Assembly (NCBI RefSeq): GCF_042660085.1
Contig: NZ_JBHSTI010000002.1
Coordinates: 510,001 to 542,000, forward strand
Direction: 5' to 3'
DNA: 32,000 nucleotides
Source of the DNA: Longivirga aurantiaca
GTDB taxonomy: Bacteria; Actinomycetota; Actinomycetes; S36-B12; CAIYMF01
The notes under the pieces are model-generated. The model searched no databases. It saw nothing but the letters and a program-made list of their open reading frames with translations, and was not told the DNA's origin. Below, in pieces: positions 18,198 through 26,803 of the stretch. The position numbers and the translations under genes were made by a program. Numbering within the stretch: position 1 is the stretch's first letter; the number at the start of each line of letters is the position of its first letter.

Positions 18198-18219
18198 GCG
18201 TCGATGCGAGCATCGACGC
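18198..18219. promoter_or_regulatory. perfect palindrome GCGTCGATGC-GA-GCATCGACGC immediately upstream of the perM-like start
   Basis: Arms of 10 + 10 nt, read directly. Ends 1 nt before ATG 18221 and lies 36 nt after the upstream stop. Confidence 0.5.
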
Positions 18220-18220
18220 C

Positions 18221-19441
18221 ATGACGTCGATGCTCGAGCGCCCCGCCACGGAGCAGGCCTCCGCGACGCGCAGACCGCTGCGCACCCGGGCCGACGTCGT
18301 CGCGACGCGTCCGGTCGCGGCCGTCACCGCCGCGATCTGGGCGGCCGGGGTCGGGCTCCTCGTGCTCGGAGTGGTCGTGGCCCTCGCCTGGGCGGTCTCG
18401 AGCCGCGGCGAGGACGGCATCACCACGCCGCTGCGCGCGGCCAGCACCCTGTGGCTGGTAGCGCACCACGCCCCGGTGGTGACGGGCACCGCCACGATCA
18501 CGCTGCTCCCGCTCCTGCTCCTCGCGCTCCCGCTCCTGCTCCTCGCCCGGGCCGGCCGGTGGGCGGCGCGCATCACCTCGACCACGACCGTGCCCGACGT
18601 CGCGCTGATCGTTCTCACGGGCACGGCGACCTACGTGTCCGTGGCCTTCCTCGTCTCGCAGGTGGCGGGGATCGCCGACGCGTCGTCCCCACCCGTCCCG
18701 GTGATCGTCTGGTCGACGGTCGTCGCCCTCGTCGGTCTCGGGATCGGGGCTCTGCAGGGCAGCGGTCTCGTGACGCCTCTCGCCGCCCGGCTCCCGCTGC
18801 TCGTGCGTCGTGGTGCGCTCGCGGCGGCTGCGTCCGGTGCGGCGCTCGTGGCGCTCGTCGGCGTCGTGGCCGTGGTGGCCGTGGCACTCCGCTGGTCGAC
18901 CGTCACCGGGCTCGCCCGCGGGGTGGCGCCCGGGCCGTGGGACATGCTCGGGCTGTTCCTCCTCTCGCTCGCCTACCTGCCGAACCTCCTGGTCTGGACC
19001 CTCGCCTACGTCGCGGGCCCCGGCTTCGCGGTCGGTGCGTCGGTGGTCGTGAGCCCCTTCTCGGCCGGGTCGGGGATCCTCCCCGGCGCACCCCTGCTCG
19101 GGGCGATCCCGCCGGAGGCGCCTGCGGCCGCGCCGCTCCTGATGCTGCTGCCCGTGCTCGCCGGGCTGGTCGGTGCCGCCGTCCTGCGGCGTCGCGGCAC
19201 CCTCGCGCTCCGCGACGAGGTCGTCGTCGACGTCGGGGCCGCGGCAGCCGTGGGTGCTGCGACCGGCGTGCTGTGCCTCCTCGCCTCCGGCTCGCTGGGG
19301 TCGGCCCGGCTCGCCGACCTCGGCCCGGACGCCCTCGTCACCGGGCTCGCGGTCTTCGGGCTGGTCGCCGCCGGCGCCCTCCTCTGGTCGCTCCTGGCGC
19401 ACGCGCTGCCCACGATCTGGGTCCGCGAGGACGCCCCGTAG
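18221..19441 (+). CDS. polytopic membrane protein, PerM-like (DUF6350 family)
   Basis: 406 aa from ATG 18221, with about 10 hydrophobic helices rich in A/L/V/G. Its position immediately upstream of purN-purH matches mycobacterial perM (Rv0955). The family call rests on synteny and composition. Confidence 0.7.
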   Translation: MTSMLERPATEQASATRRPLRTRADVVATRPVAAVTAAIWAAGVGLLVLGVVVALAWAVSSRGEDGITTPLRAASTLWLVAHHAPVVTGTATITLLPLLLLALPLLLLARAGRWAARITSTTTVPDVALIVLTGTATYVSVAFLVSQVAGIADASSPPVPVIVWSTVVALVGLGIGALQGSGLVTPLAARLPLLVRRGALAAAASGAALVALVGVVAVVAVALRWSTVTGLARGVAPGPWDMLGLFLLSLAYLPNLLVWTLAYVAGPGFAVGASVVVSPFSAGSGILPGAPLLGAIPPEAPAAAPLLMLLPVLAGLVGAAVLRRRGTLALRDEVVVDVGAAAAVGAATGVLCLLASGSLGSARLADLGPDALVTGLAVFGLVAAGALLWSLLAHALPTIWVREDAP

Positions 19442-19484
19442 GATCAGGGCATCCCGCCGGCCCCATCCCGAGGATCTCTGCGCC

Positions 19485-20117
19485 GTGACCGCCGTGCCCG
19501 AGAACGACTCTCCTCGCGCACGGCTCGTCGTCCTCGTGTCCGGATCCGGCTCGAACCTCCAGGCGCTGCTCGACGCAGCCACCGACCCGCGGTTCCCTGC
19601 CGAGGTCGTGGCCGTGGGCGCCGACGTCCCTGACGCCTACGGCCTCGAGCGCGCTGCCGGCGCCGACGTGCCGACCTTCGTGGTCGAGCCGTCGGCGTAC
19701 GCCGACCGCGCCGCCTGGACCGACGCGCTGGCCGACGCCGTCGCCGCGCACGAGCCCGACTGGGTCGTGTGCGCCGGCTTCATGCGCATCCTCGGGGCGG
19801 CGTTCGTGCAGCGCTTCGCCGGTCGCATCGTCAACACCCATCCGGCGCTGCTGCCGTCGTTCCCGGGCGCGCACGGCGTCCGCGACGCGATGGCCTACGG
19901 CGTGAAGGTCACCGGCTGCACGGTGCACCTGGTCGACGAGGGGGTCGACACCGGGCCGATCCTCGCCCAGGCCTCGGTCGCCGTCCGGGCGGACGACGAC
20001 GAGCCCTCCCTCCACGAACGCATCAAGACCGTCGAGCGCGAGCTGCTCGTCGAGACCGTCGCCGCTCTCGCGGCGCACGGCTGCACCGTCACCGGCAGGA
20101 AGGTCACCATCCCGTGA
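19485..20117 (+). CDS. purN: phosphoribosylglycinamide formyltransferase
   Basis: GTG 19485. Motifs [26 protein letters not shown] and [12 protein letters not shown] are present. Confidence 0.93.
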   Translation: MTAVPENDSPRARLVVLVSGSGSNLQALLDAATDPRFPAEVVAVGADVPDAYGLERAAGADVPTFVVEPSAYADRAAWTDALADAVAAHEPDWVVCAGFMRILGAAFVQRFAGRIVNTHPALLPSFPGAHGVRDAMAYGVKVTGCTVHLVDEGVDTGPILAQASVAVRADDDEPSLHERIKTVERELLVETVAALAAHGCTVTGRKVTIP

Positions 20118-21679
20118 GCACCCGACCCGTCCGTCGCGCCCTCGTCTCGGTCTACGACAAGACCGGCCTCGACGAGCTCGCGCGCGGCCTCGCCGACGCC
20201 GGTGTCGAGATCGTCTCGACCGGCTCCACCGCCTCGCGCATCGCCGGCCTCGGCATCAGCGTCACGCAGGTGCAGGACCTCACCGGCTTCCCCGAGTGCC
20301 TCGACGGCCGCGTGAAGACGCTGCACCCCACGGTGCACGCCGGGATCCTCGCCGACCTCCGGCTCGAGGACCACCAGAGCCAGCTCGCCGACCTCGGCAT
20401 CGAGCCGTTCGACCTCGTCGTGGTCAACCTCTACCCGTTCGCCGACACGGTGGCGTCCGGCGCCACCCAGGACGAGTGCGTCGAGCAGATCGACATCGGC
20501 GGTCCGACGATGGTGCGCGCGGCTGCCAAGAACCACCCGAGCGTCGCGGTCGTCACGTCGCCGTCGTACTACGGCGACGTGCTCGAGGCCGTGGCCCGCG
20601 GCGGCTTCACCCTGGCCGAGCGCCAGCGCCTCGCGGCCGAGGCGTTCATCCACACCGCGTCGTACGACGTGGCCGTCGCGTCGTGGATGGGCAACGTCGT
20701 GTCGCCGTCCGACTCGGGCACCGGGTTCCCGGCGTGGCTCGGCGCCACCTGGGAGCGTGCCGAGGTGCTCCGGTACGGCGAGAACCCGCACCAGCGGGCC
20801 GCGCTCTACGTCACGAGCAACGCGCCGCACCCGGGCCTCGCCCAGGCCGAGCAGCTGCACGGCAAGGAGATGTCGTACAACAACTACGTCGACGCCGATG
20901 CCGCGCGCCGTGCGGCGTACGACCACACCGAGCCCGCGGTCGCGATCATCAAGCACGCGAACCCGTGCGGCATCGCGATCGGCGCGGACATCGCCGAGGC
21001 GCACCGCAAGGCGCACGACACCGACCCCGTCTCGGCCTTCGGCGGCGTGATCGCGGCCAACCGCCCGGTCACGCTGGCGATGGCGCGCCAGGTGGCCGAG
21101 GTGTTCACCGAGGTCGTCGTGGCCCCCGGTTTCGACGACGACGCGCTCGCGCTGCTGAGCGAGAAGAAGAACCTCCGCCTCCTGGTTGCCGCCGACGTCC
21201 CTGCCAAGGGCGGCATCGAGATCCGCCCGGTGTCGGGGGGCCTGCTGCTGCAGGCGACGGACAAGGTCGACGCCGCCGGTGACGCAGTGGAGACCTGGAC
21301 CCTCGCCTGCGGCGAGCCGGCCGACGAGGCGACGCTGCGCGACCTCGTCTTCGCCTGGCGCGCCTGCCGCTCGGTGAAGAGCAACGCGATCCTGCTCGCC
21401 AAGGACGGCGCGGCCGTCGGCGTCGGCATGGGTCAGGTCAACCGCGTCGACTCCGCCCGGCTCGCGGTGTCCCGCGCAGGGGAGGAGCGCTCACGCGGCG
21501 CGGTCGGTGCGTCCGACGCGTTCTTCCCGTTCCCCGACGGGCTCGAGGTGCTGACCGCTGCCGGGGTGAAGGCGATCGTGCAGCCCGGCGGATCGGTGCG
21601 CGACGAGGAGGTCGTCGCCGCGGCAACGGCTGCCGGCGTGACGATGTACCTCACCGGGACCCGCCATTTCTTCCACTGA
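20114..21679 (+). CDS. purH: bifunctional AICAR transformylase / IMP cyclohydrolase
   Basis: GTG 20114 overlaps the purN stop (GTGA). Motifs [19 protein letters not shown] and IIKHANPCG, and the C-terminal TGTRHFFH, are present. Confidence 0.97.
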   Translation: MSTRPVRRALVSVYDKTGLDELARGLADAGVEIVSTGSTASRIAGLGISVTQVQDLTGFPECLDGRVKTLHPTVHAGILADLRLEDHQSQLADLGIEPFDLVVVNLYPFADTVASGATQDECVEQIDIGGPTMVRAAAKNHPSVAVVTSPSYYGDVLEAVARGGFTLAERQRLAAEAFIHTASYDVAVASWMGNVVSPSDSGTGFPAWLGATWERAEVLRYGENPHQRAALYVTSNAPHPGLAQAEQLHGKEMSYNNYVDADAARRAAYDHTEPAVAIIKHANPCGIAIGADIAEAHRKAHDTDPVSAFGGVIAANRPVTLAMARQVAEVFTEVVVAPGFDDDALALLSEKKNLRLLVAADVPAKGGIEIRPVSGGLLLQATDKVDAAGDAVETWTLACGEPADEATLRDLVFAWRACRSVKSNAILLAKDGAAVGVGMGQVNRVDSARLAVSRAGEERSRGAVGASDAFFPFPDGLEVLTAAGVKAIVQPGGSVRDEEVVAAATAAGVTMYLTGTRHFFH

Positions 21680-21683
21680 GCCG

Positions 21684-21702
21684 TCCCCGCCTGTGGCGGG
21701 GA
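21684..21702 (+). terminator. short GC hairpin after purH (TCCCCGCC-TGT-GGCGGGGA)
   Basis: 8-bp perfect stem with a 3-nt loop, 5 nt after the purH stop. No U-tract. Confidence 0.45.
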
Positions 21703-21737
21703 GCTCAGTCCAGCACCTCCACCCGCCGCTGTGGGCG

Positions 21738-22673
21738 ATGGTGCTCGCGTTCACGGTCGGCATCACCAGCGTGGTGCAGGCGCGGAGCAACGGCGAGCTG
21801 GCCATCGCCACCGGCGACGGCCTCCTCACGGGGGTGCTCTCGTTGGCGACCGGCCTGGTCATCCTCGTGGTGATCGTGGCAGCACGCGGGTCGTCGCGCC
21901 GAGCACTGATCCGCGAGGTCCCCGCGGCCCTGCGCGACGGACGGCTGCGGTGGTGGCACTTCCTCGGAGGCGTCGGCGGCGCCTGCTACATCGGCAGCCA
22001 GGCGGTCACCGTGCCGCTTGTCGGCGTCGCGGTGTTCACCGTCTCGTACGTCGCCGGCGTCACCGGCATGTCGCTCCTCGTCGACCGCTGGGGCTTCGGC
22101 CCGGGCGGTGCGCGCGCGGTCTCGCGCCGGCGCGTGCTCTCGGCCGTCGGGACGACCCTCGCCGTCGGGCTGGCCGTGTCGGGCCGGCTGCTCTCGGGCG
22201 ACCTCGTGTGGTGGGCGGTCGGCGCGGTGCTCCTGGCCGGTGCTGTCGTCGCCACGCAGCTCGCGCTCAACGGCACCGTCGCGCAGCGCACCGGCGACCC
22301 GATGCCCGCGGCCCTCATCAACTTCATGCTGGCGCTGGTGCTCCTGCTGATCGGGCTCGGCATCGAGCACCTGGTCGGCCATCGCTGGGCGCCGCCGCCG
22401 GCGCCGTGGGACCAGCCGCTCCTGTGGCTCGGCGGCGTGACCGGCGTCCTCTACATCACCGTGGCGGCGGTGCTCGTGAAGCCGTTGGGCGTGCTGCTGT
22501 TCGGCCTGCTCACCATCGCCGGTCAGCTCACCGGCTCGCTGCTGTCCGACCTGCTGCTGCCCACACCCGGGACGGTCGTGTCGTGGCAGCTCATCGCCGG
22601 CGTGCTGCTCGCCGGTGCCGCGATCGGGTGGGCGGCGCTGCCCCCTCGACGCGCCCGGGTCACGACCGCCTGA
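21738..22673 (+). CDS. DMT-superfamily membrane protein (duplicated YdcZ/DUF606-like)
   Basis: About 10 TM helices in two similar halves. The N-terminal half begins MVLAFTVGITSVVQARSNGEL. ATG 21738 is preferred because the track start GTG 21693 lies inside the purH hairpin; the start is uncertain. Confidence 0.7.
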   Translation: MVLAFTVGITSVVQARSNGELAIATGDGLLTGVLSLATGLVILVVIVAARGSSRRALIREVPAALRDGRLRWWHFLGGVGGACYIGSQAVTVPLVGVAVFTVSYVAGVTGMSLLVDRWGFGPGGARAVSRRRVLSAVGTTLAVGLAVSGRLLSGDLVWWAVGAVLLAGAVVATQLALNGTVAQRTGDPMPAALINFMLALVLLLIGLGIEHLVGHRWAPPPAPWDQPLLWLGGVTGVLYITVAAVLVKPLGVLLFGLLTIAGQLTGSLLSDLLLPTPGTVVSWQLIAGVLLAGAAIGWAALPPRRARVTTA

Positions 22674-22847
22674 AGCTCGGCAGGCGCCGGGGGGCTCGGC
22701 CACCGATGCCGGTCAGCGGGAGCCTGTCCTCGCCGCCCCCGGGCCGGTACGGTTCGGCGAGCCCACCGCCGTTGCTCGACGGGGCCGTCGCCCGGACATC
22801 TCCGGGCGGCACGCGCGTGCCTGTCCTGCTCGCGGAAGGAGCCCGCC

Positions 22848-23279
22848 GTGTTCCAGGTGGAGAAGAGCGTCGTCATCGAACGGTCGTCGGCGGACGTCTT
22901 CGCCTTCGTCGCCGACCAGCGCAACGCGGTCAGGTGGCAGGCCGGCATCACCGAGATCCGCACCCTGACCGAGCCACCCATCGGCGTCGGGACGAGGCAC
23001 GCGCTCGCCAGGACGTTCCTCGGACGCCGTATGGAGGTGGAGAACGTGTACACGGAGTACGACCCCGACACGTTCGTCGCCTTCCGGACGACCTCGGGCC
23101 CGGTCGCGCTGGTGGCCAGCTACCTCGTCGTGCCCCACCCGCAGGGCAGCACGCTCACGTCGTCGATCCAGATGGACGCCAAGGGGTTCCTGTCCCTGGC
23201 GGAGCCGCTCATTGCCGCGGGCCTGCGGCGCGACGTGGCCGCGGCCCTTCTGACTCTCAAGGGAGTCCTGGAGACCTGA
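22848..23279 (+). CDS. SRPBCC (polyketide cyclase/dehydrase, START-like) family protein
   Basis: 143 aa. The N-terminus (VEKSVVIERSSADVFAFVADQRNAVRWQAG) is typical of this family. GTG start is preceded by GGAAGGAG. Confidence 0.8.
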   Translation: MFQVEKSVVIERSSADVFAFVADQRNAVRWQAGITEIRTLTEPPIGVGTRHALARTFLGRRMEVENVYTEYDPDTFVAFRTTSGPVALVASYLVVPHPQGSTLTSSIQMDAKGFLSLAEPLIAAGLRRDVAAALLTLKGVLET

Positions 23280-23289
23280 TCCGACGCGA

Positions 23290-23973
23290 TCAGGCGCCGG
23301 TGGTGAACAGCTCGGGGTGGCTCTGCAGCGCGACGCGGGTGCGGCGGATGTGACCCTCGAGGAAGCGCTCGGCATCCTCGGCGTCGCGGCGCCGGATGGC
23401 GTCCAGCAGCAGCCGGTGCTCGGCGTTCACGATCGCGGCGCGGTCGTTGCCGGCCAGCAGCATGAACGCGCGGCGGTAGTGCTGGGTGGAGTTCCAGAGC
23501 CGCACCGTGGCCGAGAGCAGCTGCTCGCTCGGGCAGGCGGAGTACGACGTCATGTGGAAGTCGCGGTCGAGCACGAGGAAGCGGCCGACATCGTCGTTGG
23601 CCTCGATCTGCTCCTGGATCCGCTCCATCGCGTCGATCTGCACATCGGTCAGGTGGGGGAGGCTCTCGGTGAGCGTGAGCGGCTCGAGGCGCTCGCGCAT
23701 CCGGTAGTAGGTGTGCACCTCGTAGAGGTCGAGCGACGGGACGCGCGCGCCCTTGTTGGGCGAGACCTCCATGAGGCCCTCGGTCTCGAGGATGCGGAAG
23801 GCCTCGCGCACCGGGATGCGGCTCGCGCCGAAGCGCTCGGCGATGACGTCCTGCAGCAGCCGCTCGCCGGGGGCGAACTCGCCGCCGAGGATCGCCTCGC
23901 GCAGCGCGCCCGCGATGCGCTGGCTGCTGACGGGGTCGACGGCCGGCTCGGTCGTCGCGCTGTCCGCGGACAC
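23290..23973 (-). CDS. GntR-family transcriptional regulator, FadR/FCD subfamily
   Basis: 227 aa. N-terminal wHTH (ERFGASRIPVREAFRILETEGLMEV) with an all-helical C-terminal FCD-like domain containing conserved His residues. Confidence 0.9.
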   Translation of the reverse strand: MSADSATTEPAVDPVSSQRIAGALREAILGGEFAPGERLLQDVIAERFGASRIPVREAFRILETEGLMEVSPNKGARVPSLDLYEVHTYYRMRERLEPLTLTESLPHLTDVQIDAMERIQEQIEANDDVGRFLVLDRDFHMTSYSACPSEQLLSATVRLWNSTQHYRRAFMLLAGNDRAAIVNAEHRLLLDAIRRRDAEDAERFLEGHIRRTRVALQSHPELFTTGA

Positions 23974-23986
23974 GCCTCACGCCCTC

Positions 23987-24490
23987 TTAGGAGAACAGCT
24001 CGGGATGGTGGTCGAACGCCTTGCCGTGAGGGTACGAGACCAGCTCGAACTGCATACCCCAGGGGGAGAGGAAGTAGACCCAGCGCTGGCCCTCCGAGGC
24101 GCTCCTGCTCGCGGTCGGCTCGCCGAGCACGGTGACGCCCTGTTCGTGGAGGTACGCGACGGCGGCGTCGAGGTCGTCGACGTACAGCGCCACGTGGTGG
24201 CCGCCGACGTCGCTGTTGCGCGGGACCTCGGTGGCCTGCTCGGGCGCCTCGTACTGGAACACCTCGAAGACGGCCTGGCCGCCGCAGCGGTAGAAGCGCA
24301 GCTCGCGCATGACGGTGCGCGGGTGCACGTTCAAGTGGTCGCGCATCCAGTCGGAGTCGTCCGCGGCGAACGGCCCGAGCCGGTACATGTACTCGCAGCC
24401 GAGCACGTCCACGAGCCAGGCGTGGGCCGCCTCGAGATCGGGCACGGTGAACCCGACGTGGTCGAGCCGGGTGAGGCCGGGGATCGCCAT
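23987..24490 (-). CDS. VOC (glyoxalase / bleomycin resistance / extradiol dioxygenase) family protein
   Basis: 167 aa from ATG (complement of 24488-24490), preceded by AGGAGG. Shows LDHVGFTVPDLEAA, HHVALYVDD and FELV beta-alpha-beta-beta-beta modules. It is the terminal part of an artefactual 800-aa track ORF. The stop lies 13 nt before the GntR start, so the two are probably co-transcribed. Confidence 0.85.
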   Translation of the reverse strand: MAIPGLTRLDHVGFTVPDLEAAHAWLVDVLGCEYMYRLGPFAADDSDWMRDHLNVHPRTVMRELRFYRCGGQAVFEVFQYEAPEQATEVPRNSDVGGHHVALYVDDLDAAVAYLHEQGVTVLGEPTASRSASEGQRWVYFLSPWGMQFELVSYPHGKAFDHHPELFS

Positions 24491-24501
24491 AGGACCTCCT
24501 G

Positions 24502-24511
24502 ATGGATACAT
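24502..24511. promoter_or_regulatory. ATGGATACAT box 1 (candidate operator)
   Basis: Identical 10-mer at 24565-24574, 63 bp apart. It is 8/10 self-complementary and lies just upstream of the VOC SD on the minus strand. Confidence 0.5.
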
Positions 24512-24523
24512 GCGAGCGAGTAT

Positions 24524-24588
24524 GAGGGTGGCATACGCACAACTGGCGCGTCCAGGTCTTGCGAATGGATACATTCTCTGCCACCCTC
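24524..24588. repeat. 10-bp inverted repeat GAGGGTGGCA (24524-24533) / TGCCACCCTC (24579-24588) spanning box 2
   Basis: Read directly. The arms are perfect complements separated by 45 nt. Confidence 0.6.
24565..24574. promoter_or_regulatory. ATGGATACAT box 2 (candidate operator)
   Basis: Second identical copy, 49 nt upstream of the E1 ATG 24623. Confidence 0.5.
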
Positions 24589-24622
24589 GGCCTACCAGCT
24601 CAGCGTGCGAAGGGGACTCCCC

Positions 24623-26800
24623 ATGCCCGAGAACCACCCGCTCGACCCGGCCGTCCCGTGGACCGAGCTCGTCGTCACCGACGCCGACTGGGACGCCGCC
24701 GACCCCGCGCTGCTCACGGGCATGCTGAGCCAGCTCGTGCTCATCCGGGCGTTCGAGGAGTTCGTCCTCGAGCTCGCCGGCGAGGGCCTGATCCACGGCC
24801 CCGCGCACTCGAGCATCGGCCAGGAGGGCGGCGCCGTCGGCTCGGCGTACTCCCTGCGCACCGGCGACACGGTCAACGGCTCGCACCGTGGCCACCACCA
24901 GTTCCTCGCCAAGGTGCTCGCGCACCTGCACCCGGCGGGCATCGACCCCACGCAGCCGTTCCCGGACGACGTCCGCGACGCGCTGCTGCGCAGCCTCCGC
25001 GAGATCGCGGGTCTCGACCTCGGCTTCAGCCACGGGCGCGGCGGCAGCATGCACCTGCAGTGGCACGAGGCCGGCGCGATCGGCACCAACGCGATCGTCG
25101 GCGGCGGCGTCCCCCTCGCCGCCGGCTCGGCCTGGGCGCACAAGCACGCAGGCACCGACAACGTCGCGGTCACCTACTTCGGCGACGGCGCCATCAACAT
25201 CGGCTCGACGCTCGAGACCTTCAACCTCGCCGGCGCGTGGAAGCTGCCGATCTGCTTCTTCGTCGAGAACAACCAGTACGCCGTCAGCACCCACGTGGCC
25301 GAGGTGACGGCCGAGACGCGCCTGTCGGGACGCGGCCCCGGCTTCGGCATCCCGAGCTGGAAGGTCGACGGCATGGACCCGCTCGCGGTCCACCTCGCGA
25401 TGCAGCAGGCCCTCGCCGTCATGCGCTCCGGCGGTGGCCCGACCCTCATCGAGGCCGACGTCTACCGCTACTTCCACCAGAACGGCCCGTTCCCGGGCAG
25501 CGCGTTCCGCTACCGCAGCAAGGAGGAGGAGGCGCAGTGGCGCGGGCGCGACCCGATCGACACCACCGCCCGCCACCTCGTGCGCCGCGGCATCCTCGCG
25601 CAGGAGCAGGTCGATGGCGCGACCGCCCAGGCGAAGGCGCTCATGGCGGGCCTCGGCGAGGTCATCCTCGAGCCGAAGCCCGACGGCAAGCCGAAGGAGC
25701 GCCAGATCAAGGCGGCCGAGTGGCCCAAGCCGGAGTTCGTCGACGAGGGCATCCGCGGCGACCTGTCGGAGTTCGACGGCGTGATCTTCACCGACGTCGC
25801 GGACTTCGAGGGCCGGCTCACCGAGGTGAAGTTCATCGACGCCGTGGCCGGCGTGATGGGCCGCCGCCTCGAGACCGACCCGCGCGTGGTGATCCTCGGC
25901 GAGGACGTGCACCGACTCAACGGCGGCACCAACGGCGCCACCAAGGGGCTCAAGGACGCCTTCCCCGATCGCGTGCTCGGCACCCCGATCAGCGAGAACG
26001 CCTTCACCGGCCTCGGCGGCGGCATGGCGATGGACGGGCGCTTCCGCCCGATCGTCGAGTTCATGTACGCCGACTTCATGTGGGTCGCGGCCGACCAGCT
26101 GTTCAACCAGATCGGCAAGGCGCGCCACATGTTCGGCGGCGACGGCGCGGTGCCGTTCGTGCTGCGCAGCAAGGTCGCGATGGGCACGGGCTACGGCTCG
26201 CAGCACTCGATGGACCCGGCCGGCATCTTCGCGACCGCTCCGGGCTGGCGGATCGTGGCGCCGTCGACGCCTTTCGACTACGTCGGGCTCATGAACGCAG
26301 CTCTGCAGTGCGAGGACCCCGTCGTCGTCATCGAGCACGTCGACCTCTACAGCTCGACAGGCCCCGCCGTCGAGGGCGACTTCGACCACGTGCTGCCCGT
26401 CGGCAAGGCCGCGGTGCGCCGCGAGGGCAAGGCCGTCACGGTGCTCACGTACCTCGCGATGACCAACTACGTGCTGCAGGCGGTGGAGGAGACCGGGATC
26501 GACGCGGAGGTCATCGACCTGCGCTGGCTCGACCGCGCCTCGCTCGACTGGGACACCATCACCGAGAGCATCAAGAAGACCAACAACGTGGTCATCGCCG
26601 AGCAGGGCGCGATCGGCACGTCGTACGGCAGCTGGCTCGGCGACGAGATCGCCCGGCGGCTGTTCGACTGGCTCGACGCGCCCGTCGGCCGCATCACGGG
26701 CGGCATGGCGTCGCCCAGCATCTCCAAGGTGCTCGAGCGCGCGGCCTTCGCCAAGTCGGAGGAAGCCGCCGCCCGCCTCCGCGAGATCACGGAGGCCTGA
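24623..26800 (+). CDS. fused E1 alpha-beta subunit of a 2-oxoacid (or acetoin-type) dehydrogenase complex, TPP-dependent
   Basis: ATG 24623 is preferred (GAAGGGGA upstream); the track start is GTG 24605. The N-terminal half has the E1-alpha TPP motif GDGAINIG...ENNQYA (nt 25181-25273) and GRGGSMH. The C-terminal half, from about nt 25823, has the E1-beta N-terminus (KFIDAVAGVMGRRLETDPRVVILGEDV) and transketolase-like pyrimidine and C-terminal domains. Confidence 0.9.
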   Translation: MPENHPLDPAVPWTELVVTDADWDAADPALLTGMLSQLVLIRAFEEFVLELAGEGLIHGPAHSSIGQEGGAVGSAYSLRTGDTVNGSHRGHHQFLAKVLAHLHPAGIDPTQPFPDDVRDALLRSLREIAGLDLGFSHGRGGSMHLQWHEAGAIGTNAIVGGGVPLAAGSAWAHKHAGTDNVAVTYFGDGAINIGSTLETFNLAGAWKLPICFFVENNQYAVSTHVAEVTAETRLSGRGPGFGIPSWKVDGMDPLAVHLAMQQALAVMRSGGGPTLIEADVYRYFHQNGPFPGSAFRYRSKEEEAQWRGRDPIDTTARHLVRRGILAQEQVDGATAQAKALMAGLGEVILEPKPDGKPKERQIKAAEWPKPEFVDEGIRGDLSEFDGVIFTDVADFEGRLTEVKFIDAVAGVMGRRLETDPRVVILGEDVHRLNGGTNGATKGLKDAFPDRVLGTPISENAFTGLGGGMAMDGRFRPIVEFMYADFMWVAADQLFNQIGKARHMFGGDGAVPFVLRSKVAMGTGYGSQHSMDPAGIFATAPGWRIVAPSTPFDYVGLMNAALQCEDPVVVIEHVDLYSSTGPAVEGDFDHVLPVGKAAVRREGKAVTVLTYLAMTNYVLQAVEETGIDAEVIDLRWLDRASLDWDTITESIKKTNNVVIAEQGAIGTSYGSWLGDEIARRLFDWLDAPVGRITGGMASPSISKVLERAAFAKSEEAAARLREITEA

Positions 26801-26803
26801 GCC

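Noticed and set aside
22674-22847. 174-nt gap between the DMT transporter and the SRPBCC gene, with a loose direct repeat GCCTGTCCT (around 22729 and 22819)
   Set aside because: A 9-mer repeat in GC-rich DNA is weak evidence. I found no convincing hairpin, ORF with coding bias, or known RNA motif.
14742-24511. Possible relationship between the GTACATGAATGCTGAACA-type motif (14742, 15723) and the ATGGATACAT boxes (24502, 24565), which would imply one regulator for both loci
   Set aside because: The only common core is TACATG. The rest does not align, so the evidence is insufficient to link them.
24491-26389. The upstream 633 codons of the 800-aa minus-strand ORF 23987..26389
   Set aside because: Only the last 167 codons (23987-24490) have VOC-family sequence, an ATG and an AGGAGG ribosome-binding site. 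The remainder is antisense to the well-supported E1 gene and reads as low-complexity sequence.
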